This document shows positions 8,565 to 16,932 of a stretch of DNA of 42,262 nucleotides, piece after piece. Position 1 is the first letter of the stretch, and each line of letters starts with the position of its first letter. Under the pieces are notes generated by a model, which saw only the letters and a list, made by a program, of their open reading frames with translations, was not told the DNA's origin and ran no database searches. Both the position numbers and the translations under genes were made by a program. Source of the stretch: an uncultured Planctomicrobium sp. (GTDB lineage: Bacteria > Planctomycetota > Planctomycetia > Planctomycetales > Planctomycetaceae); NCBI GenBank assembly GCA_964596215.1, contig CAZQUW010000002.1:16278-58539 (forward strand), written 5' to 3'.

Positions 8565-8659
8565 CGGGAGTGGATGGGAATCGAACCCACCTGGCGTCTT
8601 GTCAGACTCCACAACCGGATTTGAAATCCGGGGCGATCACCAGACTCGCTAACACTCCC
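8565..8659 (-). tRNA. selC: tRNA-Sec (selenocysteine), anticodon UCA
   Basis: The minus strand reads GGGAGTGT-TA-GCGAGTCTGGTGATCGC-C-CCGGA-TTTCAAA-TCCGG-(long variable arm GGAGTCT GACA AGACGCC)-GTGGG-TTCGATT-CCCAT-CCACTCCC-G. The anticodon loop is U-U-UCA-A-A. The gene is 95 nt long with a long variable stem-loop and a 5-bp T stem carrying the TTCGATT loop. The acceptor has 7 Watson-Crick pairs plus a mismatched 8th pair. No CCA is encoded. Confidence 0.85.
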
Positions 8660-8666
8660 CTGTAGT

Positions 8667-8745
8667 ACGATGTCGTAACACGATGTCATAAACTCTGCGT
8701 CACAATCTCTGTGTCACAACGTCACTCTGTATCAAAACGTCACAT
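8667..8745. repeat. Cluster of short direct repeats 5' of selC
   Basis: There is a tandem pair ACGATGTCGTAAC (8667-8679) and ACGATGTCATAAAC (8680-8693). Four (C/T)GTCAC(A/T) copies follow at 8699, 8712, 8720 and 8738. Confidence 0.5.
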
Positions 8746-8760
8746 AGTAGCCCGCAGCGT

Positions 8761-8778
8761 CAGCGAGTGCATCTCTTC
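8761..8778 (+). repeat. Right copy of the perfect 18-bp direct repeat, CAGCGAGTGCATCTCTTC
   Basis: It is identical to 8404-8421. Confidence 0.8.
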
Positions 8779-8924
8779 TGCCTGGGTGAGAGTTCCCGAG
8801 TCACTGGTCGGCCGGGCTGGCATTTGCCGGAACGGTTACGAATCCCTGCTTCCTGATTCACTGGCGTACTTTTTCCTTGGCGTGCTTTCGTTGCGGAACG
8901 CAATGAGGCGTTTACGGGGGCGTT

Positions 8925-8933
8925 TGTTATAAT
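8925..8933 (+). promoter_or_regulatory. Extended -10 promoter-like element, TGtTATAAT
   Basis: A perfect TATAAT at 8928-8933 has TG at 8925-8926. It lies just upstream of the 8941-9417 ORF. No convincing -35 element was found, and Planctomycete promoter rules are poorly known. Confidence 0.3.
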
Positions 8934-8940
8934 TCTTGCG

Positions 8941-9417
8941 TTGGATGACGCTGCACTTCATTTTTTGACCGCGTGTGTGAGGCCCCCGATTGTGCTTTTG
9001 GAATTCGTGATTTTGCACACGATTGCAGCGGGTGTCAGCCTGTTTGGCGGGTTAATGCTGTGGCGTCATCAGGCGCAATGGCAGCAGCAACAAGCCGATC
9101 CGGAGATCGGAATCGCGGAAAAGCGGTTTCTGCATCGTCAGTACCGTCGTCGTATGCAATCGTCGTCCATGGTGACCCTGCTGGGGCTGATGCTGCATGC
9201 CAGTAACGAACATCTTGTCGACTGGCGGCGATCCCCGGCCGGATTTTTCGTTTATGTCTGCCTGATGCTGGGGCTGGTCACGTGGATTGTCATTCTGGCT
9301 TTCGCCGACTTTCTGGCGGCCCAGGTAACGCACCGGATGGCCCTCGCCCGGTTGCAGGAACACCAGCGGCAATTGGAACGAAGCATCGTCGAACTGCGCC
9401 AGAATAAGCAGCAATGA
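8941..9417 (+). CDS. Hypothetical membrane protein with about 3 TM helices and a C-terminal coiled coil
   Basis: Hydrophobic segments are IVLLEFVILHTIAAGVSLFGGLMLW, MVTLLGLMLHA and FFVYVCLMLGLVTWIVILAFADFLAA. The tail is LARLQEHQRQLERSIVELRQNKQQ. The start is uncertain: TTG at 8941, or an in-frame GTG at 8977 or 8992. Confidence 0.55.
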   Translation: MDDAALHFLTACVRPPIVLLEFVILHTIAAGVSLFGGLMLWRHQAQWQQQQADPEIGIAEKRFLHRQYRRRMQSSSMVTLLGLMLHASNEHLVDWRRSPAGFFVYVCLMLGLVTWIVILAFADFLAAQVTHRMALARLQEHQRQLERSIVELRQNKQQ

Positions 9418-9612
9418 GCGTTCTGTTAGGTCAGGCGGCGTGAGATGTGGTGTCTTAAGTACCACCCGTCGTCGTAACTCCTGGCCACTGCTGGCCAATC
9501 GAAGCTGCCGCAAGTTCGGGCTGCGAGTTGGTCTTGCCCGTTTTCGGGGAGAGTGTGAAACTACGCGCCGGTTGGCGTCGGAGGCTGCTTTAAGGAACGT
9601 GATATCAGATAC

Positions 9613-10197
9613 GTGTCGTCAGGGCTGTGCGTGATGTTACTGGTGCTGGGCACCGGCTGCATCGGCATGCGCGGACGGGCACCGGCGCCGGCCGCGGCAC
9701 AAACCGTGAATTCTATCTTCATTCCGATTGAAGACCAGGAAGTTGTCTGGGAACGCATCGTCGATGTGGTTCATGACTATTTTGAAATCGCCCGCGAAAA
9801 TCGCCTGGACGGCATCATCGAGACCAAGCCCCTGGTTGCCGCCAGTATTCTAGAGCCGTGGCATAAGGATTCGGTGGGGCTGAGTAACCGCCTGGAGGGA
9901 ACCCTGCAATCGGTCCGGCGGCGCGGTTTTGTCAATGTCACGCCGGCCCAGGGGGGATATCTCGTCAGCATCGAAATTTACAAAGAGCAGGAAGACGTCA
10001 TCATGACGCCGGACAAATCGGCGGGTAATTCGACCTTCCAGGAAAATCGGCCGCTGCAACGCGATCTGACGCTGGTCGTTGGAGATGCTGCTCCGCAGGG
10101 CTGGATTGCGTTGGGGCACGATCAGGCGCTGGAAGATCGCATGCTGTTGCAGATTCAACAGCGTCTGGGCGCCGCGCAGCCACGTATGCCGCAATGA
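9613..10197 (+). CDS. Hypothetical lipoprotein
   Basis: The gene has a GTG start and a signal with a lipobox (LVLGTGC). The 194-aa product is globular. No family was recognised. Confidence 0.65.
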   Translation: MSSGLCVMLLVLGTGCIGMRGRAPAPAAAQTVNSIFIPIEDQEVVWERIVDVVHDYFEIARENRLDGIIETKPLVAASILEPWHKDSVGLSNRLEGTLQSVRRRGFVNVTPAQGGYLVSIEIYKEQEDVIMTPDKSAGNSTFQENRPLQRDLTLVVGDAAPQGWIALGHDQALEDRMLLQIQQRLGAAQPRMPQ

Positions 10198-10299
10198 AAT
10201 TGCCCCCGCTTCGCAGGGGAAATTGTTATCTCGATAAGCGCCGTGCGGTTGATTACGATGAGGGAAAGATTGACCTGGCCCCTACGTTGATGCTGCGCG

Positions 10300-10875
10300 A
10301 TGACTACCAGCCCGATTGAGCGTTACGACCGAGAGCCCAGTACGTTTGCCCGGCGTTTCTTCTGGCTGACGCTCTCGGTGTTCGTGGTGGGCTACGCGGT
10401 TGCCCGGTGCCTGGTGTTGTCGACAGCGGGGCGTCCTCCAGTTGCCTGGGGTCATTTTCCTCCCGCCTTTTGCGTCAGTTCGGTCCTCCTGCTGGTGGGG
10501 AGTCTGGCACTGCATCAGGCTTTATTGGCCGTCCGGGTCGAGAAGCCACGCCGCTTTCGTCGTGCCCTGCTGGCGGCCCTGGGGGCGGGCACCCTGTTCG
10601 TCGGGATCCAGAGTTTTGGACTCTGGTGCCTGGTTCAGCAACAACGCTCCGAAGATGCATCAACCGGAGTGAATGCATTTGTGGTCATGCTGGCGGCGCT
10701 GCACGGCCTGCATTTCACCGTGGCATTGATGTTCCTGTCATATGTCACAATCAAAGGTTTTGCCGCTCGGTACGATCATGAATACTTCTGGGGCGTGCAG
10801 ATCTGTGCCTGGTTCTGGCATGCCCTGGGGCTGATCTGGCTGGCAATTCTGGGTGTATTTCTGATCACAGCGTAA
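10300..10875 (+). CDS. Cytochrome c oxidase subunit III-family membrane protein (stand-alone)
   Basis: There are five hydrophobic helices. CoxIII-like motifs are LHGLHFTVALMFL and AWFWHALGLIWLAILGVF (compare the YWHFVDVVW signature). No coxI or coxII gene is adjacent. Confidence 0.7.
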   Translation: MTTSPIERYDREPSTFARRFFWLTLSVFVVGYAVARCLVLSTAGRPPVAWGHFPPAFCVSSVLLLVGSLALHQALLAVRVEKPRRFRRALLAALGAGTLFVGIQSFGLWCLVQQQRSEDASTGVNAFVVMLAALHGLHFTVALMFLSYVTIKGFAARYDHEYFWGVQICAWFWHALGLIWLAILGVFLITA

Positions 10876-11079
10876 TGAGAGCGAGACAACTTCTCTTCGC
10901 GCAATTCAAGAAATTTGGTATCACGCCGACCTTTGAGATTCACCTCCAATTGTCGCCCGGAAGTGGATCTGTCTGGTGGTCCGTAGGCTGCGTTTTCCAA
11001 GGTGGAAAGCGTTCACGCTGTCACTGATCTTGATTTCTTGTCTGATTACCGCTGCCTGCCTGAAAGCTGAGACCAGGTC

Positions 11080-11547
11080 ATGAAGTGCCGCATTCATCTG
11101 CAGTGTTTGATTGTGGGGCTAAGTCTGATTCTGATCAGTGGCTGTTCTTTCTCGCGCGGCAGCCAGGTGGCTCGCGCTTCCGAGACGGGCCAGAAGTTGG
11201 CCGATGAATTGGCAGAGGATGATGCCCCCGTCAAGACGGCGAGTGCTGAAAACCTCGCCGCAGAGGACAGCGACGGTCCCCCCAGTCAGCCGGGTGTCAA
11301 AACGAGCGGCGGATCGCGTAAAAAACTGACCGGCTGGTTGAGCAAAGGAAAAACGAAAACCAACACGATTCCGCTGGATCGGACAGACAGATCCAAGACG
11401 GCAGATGCCGAATCGGACGTCGAAGAAGATACCGGGCCGTGGAAACATTTCCAGGACGCCCCGGCGACAGCGCAAACTTCACAGAGCAGCCAGCCCAAGG
11501 AACCCGACGCCTTGTCGCTGAGCAGTTCGAATCCGTTCGATCAGTAA
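11080..11547 (+). CDS. Hypothetical lipoprotein, low-complexity or disordered
   Basis: The signal plus lipobox is LILISGC. The rest is acidic and Ser/Thr/Pro-rich. Confidence 0.6.
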   Translation: MKCRIHLQCLIVGLSLILISGCSFSRGSQVARASETGQKLADELAEDDAPVKTASAENLAAEDSDGPPSQPGVKTSGGSRKKLTGWLSKGKTKTNTIPLDRTDRSKTADAESDVEEDTGPWKHFQDAPATAQTSQSSQPKEPDALSLSSSNPFDQ

Positions 11548-11612
11548 TCCGTGCCAGTAAACCATGGTCTGTCGCCTGGCTGTTGGAGTCGGGAACAGTC
11601 TGTTGCCCGAAT

Positions 11613-12137
11613 CTACTTCTTACCCAATGCACGCTGCTGGGCAAAGAACTCCTGCAGGATCATCCGGCAGTCATCTTTCAAGATGCCGCCCAGGACCGTG
11701 GCCTGATGGTTCAGCCGTGAGTCCTCGGTAATCTGATACAGCGTATGGCAGGCACCGGCTTTCTGGTCGGTCGTGCCGTAAATCACGGTCGGCATTCTGG
11801 CTTGAACGATGGCCCCGGCGCACATGGGGCACGGTTCCAATGTCACATACAGCGTGCACCCCAGCAGCCGCCACGAGCCTAAATGTTCGGCCGCTTGCGT
11901 AATGGCGACCATCTCCGCGTGCGCCGTCGGGTCGTTAAGTGCCTCACGCTGATTGTGGGCTGCGGCAATGACGCGCCCTTCATGGACGATGATGGCCCCG
12001 ACAGGGACCTCGCCCTCGTCAAATGCCGCACGGGCTTCGGCCAGGGCGACTCGCATCCAGCGATCATGAGGCTGCAGCGGGTTTTCAAAATCAGAGTAGA
12101 GGCTCATAAGGTTCAAGTCAGTTGGCGCGAGTGCCAT
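11613..12137 (-). CDS. tadA: tRNA adenosine(34) deaminase
   Basis: The CDA zinc motifs HAEMVAI and [11 protein letters not shown] are present in a 174-aa product. An alternative start is Met11. Confidence 0.9.
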   Translation of the reverse strand: MALAPTDLNLMSLYSDFENPLQPHDRWMRVALAEARAAFDEGEVPVGAIIVHEGRVIAAAHNQREALNDPTAHAEMVAITQAAEHLGSWRLLGCTLYVTLEPCPMCAGAIVQARMPTVIYGTTDQKAGACHTLYQITEDSRLNHQATVLGGILKDDCRMILQEFFAQQRALGKK

Positions 12138-12277
12138 TGATCAACCCGTGATCAAACGTGTGCGGAATCAGCGGGTGGGAACTGCGGTCGGGAACAGAGT
12201 GATGTCGTACGCGAATCCAGACTCCCGAGGGCAACCGCTACAGGGCCACTGGGGAGGCTATTTCGCAGCAGCCACGA

Positions 12278-13228
12278 TTATTTCAAAACCTGAGAATTCG
12301 ACACATTATTACCGAATTTCTCAAAGGCATCGAGCTGCCAGACGACCTTTTTCGATTTTGGCTCGATCTCGATCAGTACCGGCTGTCCTGGACCGGCGTG
12401 ACAATTGCCAATGAGATAGTTTCCATTCGGCAAGACTTCGAGTGTGGTGACCCAGGCCAATATGATGTTGGGCAGGTCGCGCTGTTCGATTTTCCAGGTG
12501 ACCACCTTTTGCGGCGTCACTTCCAGCACACTGTGTCCGTTACCGGTGGCAATCAACGTATTGCCGTTCGCCAGTCGTACCGCTGCGAAACACTTATTTC
12601 CGAAGGCTTCAGGACCATGGCCACCTTGCGGTTGCTTGCCAAACAGCGGGATTTCATATTCCCAGACGATTTTCCCGGTGGCATCGTACTCGCGAACGAA
12701 ACCGTCTCCTTCATGGCAGACCAGGTAATGACCAGACGGTAACTTGCGTGCCAGTCGGGTATCCGTGTGCGGATGCGGCTTCCCTACCTTCAGTGGGAAC
12801 GCCTTGAGAATTTGCCCAGCACGATCGATTTCAATCATCCGCCCAGGTCCAGATTCGGCGATCATGACTCGTCCATCAGGCAGAGGCTGAAACGCGTGGA
12901 CTTCGACTGGCTTCCCCGCATTTCCATTCTGCCTGGCCGAGTCGTATGACCAGACTACCTGTTTGGTTTGTGGATCGATTTCGGCAATCCTGGCCGCCCC
13001 TTGCTGGACCATGATATGACCATTCGCCAGCACGTGAATGTCGTGGATGCCCCCCCACGGCATCTCCCATTCGACCTTGCCATCGGCGGTTACGATGGCA
13101 AGTTTGTCGTTGCCCTGCAGTATGACCTTCTGCTGCGCGAAGGCCGACATCCCCGTCAGCGTCAGCACGCCGCACCAGATCAGAAGGTGCGAGAAATCGC
13201 GAACACGAGCCGGGATGAGTCGCGGCAT
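12278..13228 (-). CDS. Secreted beta-propeller protein (PQQ-like/ASST-like repeats)
   Basis: The ORF is 12278-13426. The start at 13228 is preferred because AAGGA lies upstream and a signal peptide follows (LIWCGVLTLTGMSAFAQQ). Repeated blades follow the patterns G..VW.Y and DG..L.. (VEWEMPWGG, VVWSYDS, IVWEYEIP, VVTWKIE, VVWQLDAF). Confidence 0.75.
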   Translation of the reverse strand: MPRLIPARVRDFSHLLIWCGVLTLTGMSAFAQQKVILQGNDKLAIVTADGKVEWEMPWGGIHDIHVLANGHIMVQQGAARIAEIDPQTKQVVWSYDSARQNGNAGKPVEVHAFQPLPDGRVMIAESGPGRMIEIDRAGQILKAFPLKVGKPHPHTDTRLARKLPSGHYLVCHEGDGFVREYDATGKIVWEYEIPLFGKQPQGGHGPEAFGNKCFAAVRLANGNTLIATGNGHSVLEVTPQKVVTWKIEQRDLPNIILAWVTTLEVLPNGNYLIGNCHAGPGQPVLIEIEPKSKKVVWQLDAFEKFGNNVSNSQVLK

Positions 13229-13429
13229 GAGTAAGACATCCTTAGATAGGAGAACGCAATCTGCCACGCGAACCACCTCCCGGAACAGAAGTGACTCGCG
13301 ACCGGTACGCATCATAGTCGAACGGAATGAAACCGTCGCACCGTGCGCCAGGCATGCTGGCAAATTGGCTTCCCCCCTGCCCGGAGAGGAACAGCCACTG
13401 CGCATTCCGAATCTGGCCGTCAGCAATCG

Positions 13430-14530
13430 CTAAAATGCCGGAGCCGTCGGCTTTTTGGTGGCCGGGGCCGCGGTTTTGGTTGCTCCCGGCGTGGCGGGTG
13501 CATCTCCTTCCGGCCTGGCTGCGGCGACTGTCCGGGCACGGATCAGCTGACCATCCTTCAGGGGCGTGGTGCTGGTGATGATGACTTCGTCGTCAGGTGC
13601 AAATGCACCGGCCACATACAGGCGATCCGGCCCCATCTGGGTCAATTCCTGGACGGGGATGTCGCGGACGACTCCCTGCCGCAGGACCTGGACCTTGCGG
13701 TTTCCATCCCCATGATTCTGCAGCGCGGCAGTCGGAATATGTCCGAACGGATGCTGTGGAATCACCTTGGTAAATACGGTTTGCCCCGCGTAGAACTCGC
13801 CTTTCGAATTGTCGACCTGGACGACTGCAGTTGCCAGATTATGGATCAGGTTGCGCAGGGGTTCGAACGATTTGTCCGCCGGGAGAATCACCTGGATCTT
13901 GGACTTCACCGGAGTCTTTTCGATCGAGATCTCGAAATCTCCACCGACTTTGACTTGCGAGCGATCGACCGGCACTTCCACCAGCATGGATGTGGAATCG
14001 ACCAATGTCATCAATCGCTGGCCCGCCCGGGCGAACTGTCCCGGAGCGACTTCGACTTTCAGCAGGTCGCCGGCAAACGGAATCTTGACCGACGTCCGTT
14101 CCAACTGCAGTTCGGCCAACTTCAAGTCGGCTTCTGCTGCCGAAATATGGGCTTTGGCAAGTTCTTCCTGGTCGGCTTCTTTCTTGGCCGCGGCGATCTT
14201 CAGTTCGGTTTTCGCTGCGGCAAGATTCGCTTTCGCCCGATCAACGACTAACTTCTGAGCTTCGTCATCAAAGCGGCAGGCTTCGGCCTGCGACATCACT
14301 TTCGATCCCGATTTGACGAGGACCTGGCGGACCACGCCATCGGCCGGGGCCGTGATTTCCAGAACTTTCGTGGGCACCGTGCGCAGCGGGACCTGATAAC
14401 CTTTGGGATCAGCAATCGAAATGGCCTCGCGCTTCAGTGTGACTTCCTGGGCCACCAGCCACGAAGACTGAACCAGAATCAAGCCGATGAAAGCGAGTTG
14501 ACCGCACCACACAGATCGGGGAGATTTCAC
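13430..14530 (-). CDS. Efflux periplasmic adaptor subunit (HlyD/MFP family)
   Basis: The gene has a GTG start with AGAGGA upstream and an N-terminal anchor. Family features are a barrel-sandwich motif (ITAPADGVVRQVLVKSGSKV), a coiled-coil hairpin (AKANLAAAKTELKIAAAKKEADQEELAKAHISAAEADLKLAELQLERT) and IPFAGDLLKVEVAPGQ. Confidence 0.85.
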   Translation of the reverse strand: MKSPRSVWCGQLAFIGLILVQSSWLVAQEVTLKREAISIADPKGYQVPLRTVPTKVLEITAPADGVVRQVLVKSGSKVMSQAEACRFDDEAQKLVVDRAKANLAAAKTELKIAAAKKEADQEELAKAHISAAEADLKLAELQLERTSVKIPFAGDLLKVEVAPGQFARAGQRLMTLVDSTSMLVEVPVDRSQVKVGGDFEISIEKTPVKSKIQVILPADKSFEPLRNLIHNLATAVVQVDNSKGEFYAGQTVFTKVIPQHPFGHIPTAALQNHGDGNRKVQVLRQGVVRDIPVQELTQMGPDRLYVAGAFAPDDEVIITSTTPLKDGQLIRARTVAAARPEGDAPATPGATKTAAPATKKPTAPAF

Positions 14531-14756
14531 GTGGGAAGTTCCTCTTTAAAGACAAGCCCGTCGCCGATAACTCCAGTGTCTCGCGGCAGGGTGAGCATGT
14601 CAACGTTGCTGAGGCCATCCCGGGTTGTTGACACAGCTCACGCGGTGCATGAATGACGACAATGGTTCCAGTCGCAAATTTGATGTTTCTTTTGCCGTTC
14701 TTCATGAATCTCAGGCCCAAGTTTAAAACAGAGCAATCGGATCGCCTTAACTGAAT

Positions 14757-15602
14757 ATGTCGTTGAATTTATCACACCTGATCCACACTGCCTGCATTCT
14801 GGAGGCACGGGCGCGCAAGCCTGGCAACGTTCATCCCGAGATCTCATTTCCAGATCTCAGCTATGAGGATTTTGTTTTGGCGGCGCAAGCTGTGTCGGAA
14901 ACTCTTCCGCCTGTCGCAGAACGCGGAGTCGGAGCGGCCGTGCTGGAGGCGGTACAGCGGACGAAGTTGCTGGTGCATCGACCGACAAATCCCAATCTGG
15001 GGATTATTCTGTTGCTCGCCCCGCTGGCGGCGGTGCCCGCTGACGTTTCTCTGCGGGCAGGGATCGGCGAGATTCTCTCGCAGCTTACGGTAGAAGATGC
15101 CCGGCAGGTGTACCGCGCCATCGGTCAGGCCAATCCCGGTGGGATGGGAAAAGTGGATGAGGCCGACCTGTCAGCAGCCCCTTCGATTTCGCTGCTGGAG
15201 GCCATGCGGCTGGCGGCCGATCGGGATGCAATCGCCTCGGAGTACGTGACTGGTTTCCAGATTGTCCTGGAAACCGGAGTTCCGTTTCTGGCAGAGTGGC
15301 CGCAGTTTACTGCGGATTGGGAAACGGCCATTATCCATCTTCAACTGACATTGATGAGTCAATTTCCGGATACGTTGATTGCCCGCAAGTGCGGGGGTGA
15401 GCTGGCTCGGGAATCCGCGCGTCGGGCACAGGCTGTCCTCGACGCGGGGGGGCGGCAGACCGAACCGGGACGGCTCCAGTTGGGTCAATTGGATGCCTGG
15501 TTGCGGGCGGACGGCCATCGCCGCAACCCGGGGACGACTGCTGATCTGATCGCGGCATCGCTGTTCGCCGCCGCACGGGATGGTATGATCCGGTTTGCTT
15601 AA
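14757..15602 (+). CDS. Triphosphoribosyl-dephospho-CoA synthase family protein (CitG/MdcB-like)
   Basis: The N-terminal signature ACILEARARKPGNVHP matches the A..E....PKPGLV motif of the family. The product is 281 aa. No citrate-lyase or malonate-decarboxylase genes are nearby. Confidence 0.75.
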   Translation: MSLNLSHLIHTACILEARARKPGNVHPEISFPDLSYEDFVLAAQAVSETLPPVAERGVGAAVLEAVQRTKLLVHRPTNPNLGIILLLAPLAAVPADVSLRAGIGEILSQLTVEDARQVYRAIGQANPGGMGKVDEADLSAAPSISLLEAMRLAADRDAIASEYVTGFQIVLETGVPFLAEWPQFTADWETAIIHLQLTLMSQFPDTLIARKCGGELARESARRAQAVLDAGGRQTEPGRLQLGQLDAWLRADGHRRNPGTTADLIAASLFAAARDGMIRFA

Positions 15603-15659
15603 AGGATTCGTCCCGCTTTCTGTTTCGTTGTTACCCACTCACCCTTGAATCAACACACC

Positions 15660-16862
15660 ATGTCCATACCCCTGCCGCAAGGTTTTCGAGCTGCCGGTCT
15701 GCATTGCGGGATCAAAAAGGATCCCACCATTCTCGATTTGTCGCTGTTCGTTTCGGACCTGCCCGCCACGAGTGCCGGGCTGTTCACCCAGAACCGCGTC
15801 TGTGGAGCACCAGTCAAAGTCTCCCGGGAACGCATCCGCCGGACGACGTCGCGCGCCATCGTCATCAATTCCGGTAACTCCAATGCCTGCACCGGTGAGC
15901 AAGGAATCGCGGATGCCCGCTGGATGACGGGCCTGGTGGCCGAGCAGCTGCACTGTGCCGCGGAAGATGTCGCGGTTTGCTCGACCGGTGTGATTGGACG
16001 GTTCCTGCCCAAGGAAAAAATGGCCGCTGGAATTCCGCAGATTGTGCCCCAGCTGGCCGCGTCTCCGGAGGCTTTCGAACTGGCGGCCCGGGGAATTCTG
16101 ACGACTGATACCTGCGTGAAAATGTCGACACGGACGTTGCAGGTCCAGGGCCAGACAGTGCGGATCAGTGGCTGTTCCAAGGGTGCGGCAATGATCGGCC
16201 CCAACATGGCAACCATGCTGTGCGTCATCATGACCGACGCCTCTCTGACCGTGGCCGAGGCCGATCAAACCCTGCGACATGCCGTCGATCGCAGCTTCAA
16301 CAGTATCAGCGTCGAGGGGCATACCAGCACCAGCGATACCGTGCTGTTGCTCGCCAACGGTGCGGCCCTGGGGAGCAAGGCCACGCCGCTCAGTCCGGGT
16401 GAACTGGCCCAGTTCCAGCAGGCACTGGATGAAGTCGCAGCCGATCTGGCGATGGCGATCATCTCGGATGCCGAAGGAGCCACGCATATCGTGACCATTG
16501 ATGTGAAGGGCTGCCGGACCCGCGACGAAGCCCTGCGAATTGCCAAAACCGTGGCCGATTCCGCACTGGTCAAAACGGCGATTCATGGTGCCGATCCCAA
16601 CTGGGGACGCATCGTCTCGGCTGCAGGCTACTCGGGCGTCGACCTGTATGAGGAGCATATCTCGTTGAAGGTCAACGGGATTCCGCTCTATCAGGCGGGA
16701 ACCCCCCTGCCCTTCGATGCGACCGCGGCGTCAAAAAGCATTCGCGATCACCGCGAGACTCACATCGAGCTTGACCTCACGCTCGGCACGGCTGCTGTCC
16801 GCTATTGGACTTCCGACCTGACCGCCGAGTATGTCCGATTGAATGCTGATTACACGACATAG
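15660..16862 (+). CDS. argJ: Bifunctional glutamate N-acetyltransferase/amino-acid acetyltransferase
   Basis: MSIPLPQGFRAAGLHCGIKK is a typical N-terminus. The autoprocessing site is GPNMATMLCVIMTDA, and the protein ends in the family-typical ...YVRLNADYTT. The ATG at 15660 lies within ORF 15645-16862. Confidence 0.92.
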   Translation: MSIPLPQGFRAAGLHCGIKKDPTILDLSLFVSDLPATSAGLFTQNRVCGAPVKVSRERIRRTTSRAIVINSGNSNACTGEQGIADARWMTGLVAEQLHCAAEDVAVCSTGVIGRFLPKEKMAAGIPQIVPQLAASPEAFELAARGILTTDTCVKMSTRTLQVQGQTVRISGCSKGAAMIGPNMATMLCVIMTDASLTVAEADQTLRHAVDRSFNSISVEGHTSTSDTVLLLANGAALGSKATPLSPGELAQFQQALDEVAADLAMAIISDAEGATHIVTIDVKGCRTRDEALRIAKTVADSALVKTAIHGADPNWGRIVSAAGYSGVDLYEEHISLKVNGIPLYQAGTPLPFDATAASKSIRDHRETHIELDLTLGTAAVRYWTSDLTAEYVRLNADYTT

Positions 16863-16932
16863 GCTTTGATCCTGCCGAATCACGAATTGACGCTCCGGTC
16901 CGATGAGTTCGAATCAGACAAGGTAATCCAGC

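Noticed and set aside
8711-9018. Small ORFs 8711-8932 (plus strand) and 8836-9018 (minus strand, very basic) next to selC.
   Set aside because: They have no supporting motifs. They overlap the repeat copies and the promoter-like region, and the basic composition reflects AT-rich intergenic sequence.
13229-13426. A 66-codon N-terminal extension of the beta-propeller ORF, from a TTG start 4 nt after the MFP stop.
   Set aside because: The extension (MLTARFGMRSGCSSPGRGEANLP...) is not signal-like. The ATG at 13228 has an AAGGA Shine-Dalgarno sequence and is followed directly by a signal peptide.
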